Shown: piece after piece, positions 46,716 to 58,609 of the stretch
Layout: the number at the start of each line of letters is the position of its first letter
Numbering within the stretch: position 1 is the first letter of the stretch
NCBI GenBank assembly: GCA_964036045.1
Contig: OZ038378.1
Coordinates: forward strand, 167,028,001-167,092,000
Origin: Eutreptiella sp. 'Long Island Sound 2002'
Taxonomy: Eukaryota; Protista; Euglenida
Reading direction: 5' to 3'
DNA length: 64,000 bases
Position numbers and translations under genes: made by a program
The notes under the pieces: model-generated
Told to the model about the DNA's origin: nothing
The model's input: only the letters and a program-made list of their open reading frames with translations
Databases searched by the model: none

Positions 46716-47009
46716 ATGGTGCTGTCCAAATCGTTTTCTTCTGAGCCTGCTGACAAGAGGCAATTCACAGAGGATTTCGATCGGGCCTACTCTCGATGGG
46801 CAGGATGGTACGACACCCTTGTCAAGGTTCTGCCATTCTGGAGGACCTGGCTGCAGGCCACCATCCCGCATTTACAGGGACCCAAGGTCCTAGAGGTGTC
46901 TTTTGGCACTGGATGGTTACTGACACAAATCGCAGGGCAATTCGACAGCTACGGACTGGACTACAATCTCCGCATGTGTGACATCGCCAAGGAAAATCTC
47001 CAAAGGAAG
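46716..47009 (+). CDS. Class I SAM-dependent methyltransferase (UbiE/Methyltransf_11-like), exon 1
   Basis: Motif I VLEVSFGTG, GLDYNLRMCDIAK. Polypyrimidine-AG upstream of ATG 46716. Donor aag|gtcctg in phase 0. Confidence 0.85.
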
Positions 47010-49506
47010 GTCCTGCCTCCCAGCCTCATGTTTTGTCCCCCCTGTCTCACGGTACAGTAACTGGGATCCCCTTTGTCTCGGCCAACATCCTCCTAGGGAG
47101 GGAGTCAGAATTGCCATGAACGGCAATATTTAGCCCGCTGTTCCAACGCCGATTTCCAGCGGCATCCCACGAGGAGCCATGGAACTGGGTGTAATACCTT
47201 TCCTGTTCTTGAGAAATGGACATTTCGGGGGGAACGTTCCTAGACCTCTGCAGAGGACTCTAGCACCTGTCCATCTCTTAGGGTGGTTTGCAATGTGGAT
47301 GAGTTCCCAAGTTGGGCCGCGATTTCGTGTACTGTCTTGCCCGGTCCATACATTGTGTCCTCCCCCTATGCCTATGCCTAACCCAGCGCACGCCATGCAT
47401 GTCGTCAGCATTTAGACTAAGGGTGATGGGGGCTGTAAAGTGATAGAAGAAACGCTTCCTGTGATGTGCACTGTCGTCTTGGTCGATCTACTTGTCTGGC
47501 TGCTGTCCACTGCATGCATATGACGTGCCCACCATCTCTGCACCACACGCACCAGCGCGCCCTGCTGCATGCGGGCCAACACACAGCAACCTGAGTAGTG
47601 TTTCACGCATGGGCGCCACACACTGCCACACACTGTGGCGCGCACCCATGCACTCCTAATCTGACACTGTCAGCATACGTGGACACTTGCCACCCATAGG
47701 CGCTTTCTTTGTATCGCGCACGCCGGTGCAACCTGATGCATGCACACACACAAACTGATTCCCACCCACGTACGGGCGCCACACGCTGTAGCATACATGC
47801 GCGCATCCCATGTGTGGCACTACCAGATTGATAATGTAGCTGCTTGTTCCCTAAATGACATGCACATAACCTCCACAACGATCGATTGCTTGATGGGCGT
47901 GGCGGACCGCTTGCACTGTTGCGTGAAGGGTCAACACATGTTATGCCAGTACGATGCATGGAACTATGGTCTGCTCAGTTTTTGGGTGCACCTGTGCTGG
48001 ACATAAATGGACCTTCAGCTTTCTCCCAAGTTCTCCCGAGTACACTCAATGACACCTTGAGTGTCAAGAACTCAAAAAAAAAAAACGGGATGTGGATGAG
48101 AACCCAAGTTGGGCTGTCAAGAAAGACAGGTTGTTAAGGAGAATTGATTACTGATTGCATTGATTGTGTGGGAGACGAGGTGGGCGAGTCACTGACTTCA
48201 ATGCAGTAAGGAGTGGGTGGGGCAAGCAAGTGGCGGGCAGTGAGGCATGAGGGAGGGAGAGAGGACACGCAGAAGGGCAAGCAGCAAGGTGAGGTTAACG
48301 AAATCAGCAGAAGGCGAGAGTGGTGACCAGTGACGGGGTGAGCGAGGGGTAACAGATACAGGGACCCCCCCTTGCCCTCATCATTAGCCTTGATGGCAAA
48401 CACGCCGTTCATCCCTCAACATTTCAGTTATGAGATGCACGAGCAGACCAAAAAGACATGAAGGCAGTATTCATGAGTTCCAATGAGTGCACAACCACAT
48501 GTTAGTAGTTGTAGAAGTTGGGTTGGAACAGTCAAGGGGCAACAACCAGTCAGCACATATTCTGCACTCCGACTATGGTGGACACCACAACCTTGCAACA
48601 GGTCCCTGGGCAGGTGGTGCACGCACCAAGAAAGTGCATGTTCTTAAGCGATGAAGCACAGTGTTAGCTGGGCGGTACCCAACAACTGACATGTGAGGCC
48701 TGTGGTACCCTTGCTGTTCAAAGTGCAGGGCACCAATGAAGTGGCAGCGGAGTAGCCTGGGGTTGCGTTGAAGCGGGTTGTCCGAGAAGGGACTCGTTGC
48801 ACTGGTGATAAAACGGCGCCCTACACCCTACACCCTCCCTCCGTTCCTCCCTCCATCCCTTCTAACCTCCCTCCCTCCCTGGGGTTAAAACTCACCTCGA
48901 ATAGAGGTTGTTAGATCAAGCGCAGGCGCGGGCGTCGTATACCCCCCCTTTTTGGGGGTCATTCGCGTAGCATACCTCAAGGCATGATATTGGATGTCCA
49001 ACCCCTTGTAAAATCATGATTTTTCCCAATAAGACAATGCCCCAATGGATTTTTTGATTCTGAGGCCTGAAACCCCTAAAACTAGATAACACTTTTTTGA
49101 GGGGGGGTCAAAAGTCTTCGCTGAGAAGGCTCCAAGCAATGGGGAGGCACACTTATGACACACCCAGCTCCGGTCGAATGGTAATGCACCCAGCTGTAGA
49201 ATTTTAGGTCGGCGGTTGGAATCCTGGTCGGTGGTATTGGCCGCACCAGGGTTCGGACCGCCGACCAAAAAGTCTGCGGCTGCCTGCATTACCATTCGGC
49301 CACTGCCTATGCTGAGATCAGTAGGTCTCCCCACTGCTTGGACCCGTGTCTGCCACTGACAAAAAACCCAAAGTTTGTGTTTCTGTCTGACTGGCTGCTG
49401 GCCTGTCTAACTGACTGATTGGCTGACTGTCAGCCTCTCTTCGAGGTGCACTGCCAAAGGCAATAGAATTTCCTCTTCCCCTCCCCCTTCCTCTTGTCGC
49501 CCCCAG

Positions 49507-49857
49507 AGGCTGTCAGCGGAGGTAATTCAGGGCACCGTGGAAGCCATGCCCTACGAGAATGAATTTTTCGACAGCGTGGTCAGCACCATGGCGTTCAGTG
49601 GGTACCCGGATGCCGACAAGGCCATGGCAGAGATGCAACGTGTACTGAAGCCCGAGGGCCGGCTGATCGTGCTGGACATCAATTTCCCCCGTGAAGAAGG
49701 TTACGTGGGCATGGGCCTTGCGCGACTATGGCAGAGCAGCGGAGACCTCCTCCGTGATATGGACGCCCTCTTTCAGCGGCAGAACCTGGACTACACTGAC
49801 GAGGAGGTTGGGGGTTTTGGCACAGTACATCTGTACATTGCACAGAAACGGAGGTGA
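49507..49857 (+). CDS. Class I SAM-dependent methyltransferase, exon 2
   Basis: Long pyrimidine tract and ccccag| acceptor in phase 0. GTVEAMPYENEFFDSVVST and RVLKPEGRLIVLD motifs. Joined protein is 214 aa. Confidence 0.88.
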   Translation, partial: RLSAEVIQGTVEAMPYENEFFDSVVSTMAFSGYPDADKAMAEMQRVLKPEGRLIVLDINFPREEGYVGMGLARLWQSSGDLLRDMDALFQRQNLDYTDEEVGGFGTVHLYIAQKRR

Positions 49858-50346
49858 ATGAGGCTTTGGGGGTGGGTTTTTGGGGTAATTGCCTATTTTT
49901 AAGAAAACACCCCAATTGGATTCCTGAGCCACCTGGCATGGCATGCCGCTGTTTTCTGCTAATTGTGGACACCTGTGATAGTTTCCCACGCACATGAATG
50001 GGTTCACACACACAATGACGCATTTGGCACGCATATGGATGGGTCCACATCGACTAGGTTCCGGTGCACATGCACAAAGATGATTGCCAAAGGCTGATGG
50101 GCTGCCACATGCACTGATGGCGCTACCCACACCTTTTGATGCATACCGGCGGGCACTAGACTTGGCACTTTGCTTTCCCCCTTCCACCAGTTTGTGTCGC
50201 TAGATGCTGGGGTTGGCAGATTTCGCTTTAGGGGGGAGGGGGTCACAGGAGCCCCCCAAAACTGGGCTGGCGGGGGGGTCTTGGAAAAGGGCACCCATAA
50301 CAGGGACCAATATTGCCGTTTAATCGAGGCAGCACTTTGTCCGTTT

Positions 50347-50608
50347 TTGTCCCCTCTTTGGGGACCCCTGAGAAGGCAGGGATTATGTTGCCATTTTGCC
50401 CACATGTAGGCCCCCAAGACGGCAGGATTTATGTAGCCACTTCTGATTTTGTCCCCCCCCCCTTGTGGACCCCTGAGAAGTACGGGTTATGTCGCCACTT
50501 CTGATTTTGTCTCCTCTTGGGGACCCCCTAGAAGGCAGGGGTTATGTAGCTATTTTGCCAACATGTGGGGCCCCAAGATGGGAGGGGTCATGTAGCCACT
50601 TCTGATCC
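50347..50608. repeat. About five tandem ~45-55-bp units (cccc..gaaggcaggg.t.atgtagcca) derived from the family A internal unit
   Basis: The same motif occurs once at ~1495-1522 and twice at ~26240-26312. Confidence 0.7.
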
Positions 50609-51236
50609 ACAAAGTGAGGCCTCTTGAGTTGGGGATATGGACCCACAATCCACAAATTGAGTGGCACCTTGAGTTGGGGATATGGACTCGCACTACATCT
50701 ACTACCCCTACCCACCTACATTCCAATTGTGTGATGAATTGCAATTGCATAATGTCTCGGGTTTTTTTGATGATCTGGTGTCCAACCTAGGGGACCTGAC
50801 GAATGAGCAATTGCTCAAAAAAAATCCAATGAGGATTTGCAGTGGTCAAGGTTGTGCAAAGAGGTATGGCAGAAGAACCATTACCCTAAGGCGGAAGCAA
50901 GGATGAGCTAAGTGGGTATGGAGTCGGGTGTTCTGAGAAAAAACGGCCTGTTTTTTTGGTCTTTTCCCCCGTTTTTGGCCGTTTTTGCCCATGGGGTAGT
51001 GTTTCTTCATGTTTTTTGGCGTTTTTTGGGTTTCTCATGGTGCAATTTGGTACAACCACCAATTTTGGTACCAAGGAAGCATTGTTTTCTATTTTTTTGG
51101 CATCTTTTGTCTCTCCAACTTCTCTGGCAGAGTGTTTTTTGTTTTTTTTTGTTTTTTCCCGTTCTTGCCCCTTTTGTCCCCATGGGTTAGTGATTTTTCA
51201 TGTCTTTTAATGTTTTTTGTTGTTGTTTGTGCAGAC

Positions 51237-51420
51237 ATGGGATGTGGGATGTGGAATAAAGATTTCATGGAATGTAGATGTGCAACGGGGGATGCAACTA
51301 TATGGAACATGTGGGACGTGGGATGTGGGATGCGGGATGTGGGACGCCAATATATAGGAGATGTGGGATGTGGGATATGCAATTTAGATATCATGGCATG
51401 TAGATGTCCAATGTGGGATA
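51237..51420. repeat. Degenerate (GGGATGT)n repeat
   Basis: Repeated gggatgtgggatgt / gggatgcgggatgt units. Confidence 0.7.
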
Positions 51421-54400
51421 CACGTTGCAAATATATAGGAGATGGGTTTGGGAGGTAGACAATTTGCGTTCAATGGTATTACCCCTCTTCTGAGTTGTCA
51501 TCATGTTTTATTGATGCCTTGGATTTGGCTGAAGAAAGACGTCGAGGGCGCCGAGTGGTCGTCCCATGTCTCCATTTCGTTTGCCACACCTTACGTGTGT
51601 CACCAACCGTGGTTGTGCAGTGTGCATGAACACTGTGCGTACATTGGGGATGTTGAAGCACCAAGCCCGTCAAAGGACATTGATAGGCCACGCACACGCA
51701 CACGTAAAGTGGAACTTGTATTGCACATCGACACCACATAGGTCATGGGTCTGCTTGCCACATGCGACATAGGTCTTAAGGTGCCCCCCAAACTGACAAT
51801 CGCAAACACCACAAGCCCCGGTTCATCAAGGCCTTTGCCTCTCCACCACCAACACCACCAAACCGGGCCCAGAGGCGTCTATTTCGCAAGCAGTGGCAAA
51901 AGGCTAGGCCATGGTTGAAATACACCAACGACCTCATGCACTGTGCTGCTTGTCGGATAAATCCGCAACCTCGTTCCATTGAATGGGCCTAGGGCACTAC
52001 CGGCTTCCGCGCCTCAGTGGTGAAGAACCATGAGCGCTAAGGTCCGCGCTATATTGCACTGGCAATGGGACTAGGTTTCCGGTGGCGAAATGACATCGGC
52101 CTAAGGTACCGTGCTGCCACAGGTATGCACTAGGGTACCGACGGCCTTCCAGGCGGTGTACCAAAGTGAGAAGTGTGGAGGTTCATTGTATGCTTTCTCT
52201 TGGGATTTGCTTATGATCAAGCTCTGTGGTGGCGATGTCTTTCCCAGCTACCGCTCACGGTTCTCTACCCGTGTCATTGTTTGGGCCATAACGGTGCCTT
52301 TCCGCAATGCCTAGGGCACTATCATCCAAAGCTCCGAGTACCTGGCTCTTATTTCAGATTCCGCCACGGATAGGGCCGTTCGCAAGGCAGAGGTACCAAA
52401 CCAGGTTTGAAGGCAAGCCCCGGACTGTGTTTGTGTCATGTCAAGCTTTTCCCAATGGCATCCGGAAAGAATAATTCAAAATTCCCGGTACACCAGTACA
52501 GGCCGGCAGGGGCAGAAATTGGGGCACCGGAGTCACAGAGTTGGAAACGCATTAAACAATGATCAGGAGACCACAACCAAGAATCAACGGCAATGCATCC
52601 AGGGTTGTAAAAAAAAAACAGGGATGTCCGGACCACAACTAGCATGTAATAGCATTCATCTGCCGTGCATCCAGAGTTGTAAAAATAAATAAACAGTGGT
52701 GGCCGGGTCACATGCATGTCCAAAGGACCCTATAACACCTTAACAATGCATTAGAGATCATAGTGTTGTGAAAAAACATCATTTTTGGTGAAAAAACATC
52801 AAAACCACAAAGACCGGCTTTTTTTAACAAAAAAAAAAGCACCATTTTGGGTGTCTAGGTGTCGCGGGGGTCCGTGACGCCCGTTTATCTCATCTTTGCA
52901 CCGTAGAAGCCGCAGGAGATGTCAAAGGGGTTGTGATGAAAGCTTTTGGCAGTGCACATGCTGCAAACATGCATGCCGTAGAGAAGTGGTTTGCACACTG
53001 TCACTTGCAACAATTTGCCAAGGTGGAGAGCATCTGAAAAGGCAATGTGGTATGGTTACCCCTGGGATAAAGGGTGAAGTGGGACATTTCCTTTGGCAAG
53101 CCTGTGCTTCCTTGGGTCTCAATGTACAATGCATGTTGCGAGTATGAAGCGGTTTGCTGATCGATTCGGACCTGAGTACCTGTGGCCCTCAGGTAGAGTT
53201 GATCCAATATGTTTTCAATCATGCCGAAGCCCTTAATTCATGTATGGGTTTGCCTGTTGATACTACACCGGTTGTAAAGCAATGCTTGGTAGAGGACGAA
53301 GATGGTGAATTAGGATGAGGGCATTGTTTGTGTCCATTGTCTTAGTGGCGATGCGTCCGAGGAGAATGATATTCTCATTTGTGAGAGTGCTCATTCTACT
53401 ATTGGTTGTGTCTAGAGTGTATCTTTGCACACTTGCGGGGCCTAGTAGCTGTCTCGTTGAGCCCAACAATGACCCCTCAAACCGCGGGGATGGGCGCATC
53501 TGCTAGCTCTACTTCAACCTCTACCTCTGCCTCTTCTTGTAACTCTTCCTCTAACTCCAGCTCTGACTCTAACTTTGACTCTGACTCTGATTGTACTTTT
53601 GTAACTGATCGTAGCTCGTAGAATATGTGGTTATTGTGGAAGGCCATGGTGGGGCGCTACACTTGTGTGGCCGGAAATGACTAGGGGCCAAGTGCCCTTA
53701 AACATAATACCACCCCCATTGTGACCGCGGTACTCCCTAGGTGGGTTCTGGGGGTCCCGTCACAGGAGCCCTTTTGGGGGGGGGTCCAGCCAGGGGGCTC
53801 CAATGACCCCCCCCCCTAAAGCAGAAGTCCGCACACCCTTGGAGAACACCGCACCACAGAACAGCACTAATAGTTGCTCTGCAAGTGCTGTGCCTCTGTG
53901 GACATTACATTCTCCAATGCTCAGCGTGACCCACAGCAATAGAGCATGACGGCAGCCCTCCAAGCAGCAAGCAGCCGCAGATTGCAAGAGATGCAAGTAA
54001 TCCCTTGTGCCCCCCTCTCACCCCCCCCTCCCGCACCTCCGCACAACGACTGCCTTGCGCAACGATCAAACCTTTGGTCAAAAGGGCACATTTTGAGACA
54101 CTACCTGCACCCACAGGCTTGTCCAACGACCAGCCCCTGCTCAGACCGCGCCTTTTTGTTTGGAAACATAGTCCACCGACCACCTGTATTGGCATTTGCA
54201 GCTTGTCCTTCTGGCTTTCTGCATGCAATCAGCCAGACTCGCGTTCTTGAATTTTACCCTCCTAAATGTGCAGGGGCATGACTTGCCTGGATCAAGATTC
54301 TGTTGGGGCCAGCAGCAGTAGAGAGCAGCAGGGGGCGGTGGCGGCGGCATGGGGACAGGCTAGCGCATACCTTGTAAACCTGCCTCCTGGGGGATTTTTG

Positions 54401-56761
54401 TAAAGGCATGAAGGCTGCTGTGAGCAGCTTGTTCCTGACCACTTAGTTGTACCTGATGCCACACAGTGAGGCATTGCTCTGTAACATGATATGCAATTCT
54501 GCAGTACATGGCCCATCCCTGACACACAGCCCTTTTCAACACTGCACCACCACTTGACCAGATGCATTTTGGGGTTTTGTATCTTTGCAACATGCTTCAG
54601 CTTTATGATGACTATGTTCTGCTCCTTCCTTCCGTCCGTCCTCTGCGAGCTGACAAGCCTTTCGCCTGCGCACATGCAAAAGGGCATCTACGCACAGCGC
54701 ACCACAATGCACAGTCTACACAGCAGCATTCAGACAAATTTCGGGTGTTTGCCTGCTCATCCACAGAATAATTGCACCCCGCCCACCACAAAGGTGCAAA
54801 TCGCCACAAACACCAATACCCATCTCCATCCTTCACCACTGTGTGCGCACTGTGCACACAGTATGTGTAGGACACCGGCCCTTGCTGTCGCGGACGCCTT
54901 TGAGGGGTGCCGCACGGTGGCCGTCAACGACGAGTAGGAGGGAAAGATCATTGCACCTGGCCTGTGCCCAGCGTATACCCCGTGGACAGCCCAAAGGGCA
55001 CTGACAAGCTGTCGGCGTAAAACCAACTCTGTAAAATGTAGGCTTCCAGTATGTGCATTCAATGCTCACATGGCCTTGGTCATTCCTATGCAAGCAATGT
55101 TGCACCTCACATGCACACCCAGGAGGCGTGAGATTGCATCGGATGTGATTCTCAACTGTGCCCTGTGCTGCATGTGACACACGTTTCTGTATCTGTTCCC
55201 TGAATCTTCTGCATTTTCTCAGCTTTCACCTTCCAATTAACGTTCAACATCAATTGTGATCCATCGCTTACCTTCTGGACCCTTTGGGTCCAGTCTCAGT
55301 GTAAGGGGTCCTGGTTTTGCCAGATCATGAGGCACTGAGTGCATGCCTTTGTGTGGACGATTTCCAGAGGAAATTGGGGTATCCACAGTTTGGACTTTTG
55401 CCCCTGCCGAAAAGTGCCTGCACTGATCTGGGTGGTAAGGAGAGCCAAGATTGCCTTTAGCTCAGAGAGATCTGGCTGTATAATTCAGGGTCTGTTCAAC
55501 AGGACAGACAGCAAGACAAAAAGTAGCATCTCACAGAACGGAGTGCAGGAATCCACCCTGCTGCTTTTGCTGCAACCCTTCGGTTCCCTCAGGGATGCAA
55601 TGTCTGTGCGGCAACAAGTGTTCTGTTACGGAGCTATGAAGATGCCAGGTATTGTGCAACCCAGAAAGCTCTGGAGTGGCCCTGGACTAGGGCTGGGTGT
55701 GACTGGAATATGGAATGGGAGAGTGAATCGGGAATCAACCGAGAAAAAGAGTAGATGTGGTGGAAATGGGCAAAAAAGTGTGCAAAAAAGTAGAAACGGG
55801 TGAAACACGGTGAACATCCATCTGGGAGCCATGCAGGCCCAAGGGGCAGGATAAAGGCAAAACAAGCAAATTTATTCTGGTGTGGGCAGATTGGTTCAAC
55901 GTGGATGGGGCGGGCCTTACCTTGTCAAGCAAAGCCGTCCACCAAGAGCCTCCAGCACAATTCACCAGAGCTGGTGGCGCCAAGCCTGGGGGACCCACAG
56001 GGGCATAACGGATTCAGGCGTTGCACATCAATGACTTTATCCTACTAAGGCCCTGCAGTGGGATCTAGGAGGTCCTATGCAGTGGGTGTTTGTCCTACCA
56101 AGGCCCTGCAGTGGGGCCTCGGCCCTTCATAATTGGTTGCTTTTCCTTTTAACACTAGAGAAGGATTGGGAACTGATGGTAATCCCCTGCTTCCCACTAC
56201 CATGCAGGGCCAAGAATCACGGGAGGGGGACCAATGGTGGGGGGGTAGGTTCAGCGCCCCAAGGGGACTCATTCGTTGATGCGGAACACATCTACTCATA
56301 CCTGACATTGACAATCCATTTATAGAGGGAGTTGTTGCACTGTGCACACACTGTGCTCACAGGGCTATGAGCCAAGCACCAGTGAATCATCTCCCAAAAA
56401 GCCCTTAAAACACCACAAAACCTTCCTTGCTAGCACAAACTTGGTTGCTGGAGGCTTTTTGATGGTTGCCAGTAATTCTTGGAGGCTTCTAGGTACTTGC
56501 TGTTATTTCCTGAAGGCACCCCCCTTCAGCTTGTGCTCCCACTCCTCCACTTGGAATACTACCAAGATGGGTTGAGAGTGGTGAATCGGCAATGCAAGAT
56601 GGAGTCCATCTCCTTTGCCAACCCCAGTTCAGACTCGCCACCTGACTGCCCTCCATCTCCGCTGCCCAACACACAGTCAAGTTCCCCCCCAAAGGCCCCT
56701 GGTCCTTCACCATGCCACAAGAACTGGGAAGGTCCCCCTCAAGGTCCCCTCCAGTCCAGTT

Positions 56762-56881
56762 TGGGTCGCCTAATTCTAAGGGTGTTTGCAAGGGGCGTGC
56801 CTAGGGGCTCTTCGGGGGGAACATAGTCTAAAAGTAGCGCGCAGTGTGCGCGCAGTGCACGCGCAGTGCAAGGATTCCCCC
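56762..56881. mobile_element. Right end of a family B element; left end not found
   Basis: gggtcgcctaattctaaggg...acatagtctaaaagtagcgcgc...gcaaggattccccc matches 22503-22610 and 17068-17177. Confidence 0.75.
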
Positions 56882-56919
56882 TGGGTGAGTGAAGCGCCGA
56901 CTCGCCACCATTGTGCACC

Positions 56920-57177
56920 AGTGCCGGTGCATGAACGTCAGAGTGTTGGCCGAGTGGAGTTGCGAGGGGTATTTTGGGTCCTGCAGGGGCGCCAGGCGGG
57001 GGAGCACTTGGTGGTAGTCTCAGATTCGGAGTATGTGTATAAGCGCATTGTCGCCACTAGTGGAAAATGGCGTCCAGGGAGGTGGGACATTGAGACCTGT
57101 GGAAGGCCATAACGAGAGGCGGCAGGAGACTTGGTCCAGGTACGATGGGTACCCTCCCATTTGGGAGTGGAGGGCTT
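56920..57177 (+). pseudogene. Decayed RNase H fragment of a related non-LTR retrotransposon
   Basis: ERQSVGRVELRGV...LVVVSDSEYVYK and, after a frameshift, VRWVPSHLGVEG parallel ERQSITRAELRAA...LLVVTDSELVYK...WVPSHVGVTG of the full element. Confidence 0.75.
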
Positions 57178-57439
57178 ACATCCACTTGCATCCACCCCCT
57201 CACCCTTTTGGGGGGGCTATCGGTGTAGGCCACCATCCACCCCAATGACTGCATGCCCTCCAACTCCTTCAACAGACTGTCCTGATGCAACCCCCCTTCT
57301 GCTTCCTTCAGTGGATTCGCCACGTGCAACTTTGTGAGCCGGATGCCCCTGAATCCCAAATGTGTACGTGAGAAGGGGGAGGGACAGAACTGAATGGTCA
57401 TTGTTGCTGAAGTGCAATTGTACTCCAGAACTGCTTCTG

Positions 57440-57449
57440 CATTTTGTAG
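57440..57449 (+). promoter_or_regulatory. Putative trans-splice acceptor (pyrimidine tract and AG) 5 nt upstream of ATG 57455
   Basis: ctgcttctgcattttgtag|cacccATG. Inferred from the euglenid context. Confidence 0.4.
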
Positions 57450-57454
57450 CACCC

Positions 57455-58609
57455 ATGGCCTCGGAGGATGAGACGTGGGCCCCTCCGCCCCGCGCCTGCC
57501 AAAGCGCAAGCGACCCCTGCACCCGGGACCAGATAGACCGTGAATTCGAGTTGCGCTGTAATGCGAACCAGATTGCCAAGGAGCTCCAAGTGCTACTGGC
57601 GAACGCCCACGTCCGTGGGGTGCTTCACATCGGCACCTCCCCCCAACCGATCTGGCGGGAGGTGCTGTGGGACCAGGTGCGCACTTTGCAGGGCTGTGGC
57701 CTTCTGAACGTGACGGCGCACGTGCATGCCTCTCTGCATGCACCGCCGGGCGCGGCGCGTGTGGACACGGCTGATGTTGCACGGAAGCTCAGCGCCGTTC
57801 ACCCGAGCGTCAGTTTCTCTCACAGCAACCGCTCCGTGCCGTGGGAGTTCGATGCGCTCGAACATGTGACCCAGGCGTGCCGTGAGGAGCAGGGCGCACG
57901 GCACCCCAGTCGCACGCTCGTGTATTACCTGCACACCAAAGGCGTCACCCGCTGGAACCCGGACTGGGTTCAGCGGTGGCACCCGCCCAGGGCTCGCGCG
58001 TACCAGATGTCACTGTACTGGCGTAAGTATATGGAATACTACCTCTTTGAGAACCCGCACTGGTGTGTGGCCGCACTGCTCGGCGGGCATTATTTGGACC
58101 GCAAGCCAGAGGAGGGCGGTGCGCTGACCTGTGGTGTCGATTTCTCGCTTGTCCCCTTCGTGCACTACGGGGGCAACTTCTTCTGGGCGCGCTGTGATTA
58201 TGTGCTTCAGCTGCCCGGCATCACCCCAGACAACGGGGACTACTATGCCTCCGAGCGGTACATTGGCATGGGAGTGAAGACGACGAAGGGAACGGGGAAG
58301 AAGAAAGGGATCGTAGAGGCGGATAGCCGCCATGTCAGCCTCTTTGACAAATACCAGCATGCGAACTTCTACCAGGCCGTGGTGCACCGTGATGTCTACG
58401 CCCGCCGGCACTCGCATTTCCAGGGTCAAGACAATGCAGGGCTGGTGCAGGAAATGCACACAATCCAGGACAGTGGGTGGCCTACGCACCTTGTTACCGC
58501 CAAGGGCCACCGGCGAATTGGCCAAGTTGGTGTTGCGCTCGCTGCTCTGATTGTGTGGGTTTGGTTCGCTTGGCGTCAGCTGGGAAAACGCATCAGCACC
58601 GCAGCATAA
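57455..58609 (+). CDS. Intronless 384-aa protein with YLHTKG / YWRKYMEY / HYGGNFFWA / SERYIG motifs and a C-terminal transmembrane anchor; possibly glycosyltransferase-like
   Basis: High-GC3 ORF, plausible acceptor just before Met 57455, hydrophobic tail VGVALAALIVWVWFAW. The function call is tentative. Confidence 0.75.
   Translation: MASEDETWAPPPRACQSASDPCTRDQIDREFELRCNANQIAKELQVLLANAHVRGVLHIGTSPQPIWREVLWDQVRTLQGCGLLNVTAHVHASLHAPPGAARVDTADVARKLSAVHPSVSFSHSNRSVPWEFDALEHVTQACREEQGARHPSRTLVYYLHTKGVTRWNPDWVQRWHPPRARAYQMSLYWRKYMEYYLFENPHWCVAALLGGHYLDRKPEEGGALTCGVDFSLVPFVHYGGNFFWARCDYVLQLPGITPDNGDYYASERYIGMGVKTTKGTGKKKGIVEADSRHVSLFDKYQHANFYQAVVHRDVYARRHSHFQGQDNAGLVQEMHTIQDSGWPTHLVTAKGHRRIGQVGVALAALIVWVWFAWRQLGKRISTAA

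Noticed and set aside
48740-48830. tRNA/SINE-like stretch in the methyltransferase intron
   Set aside because: No cloverleaf or B-box could be formed.
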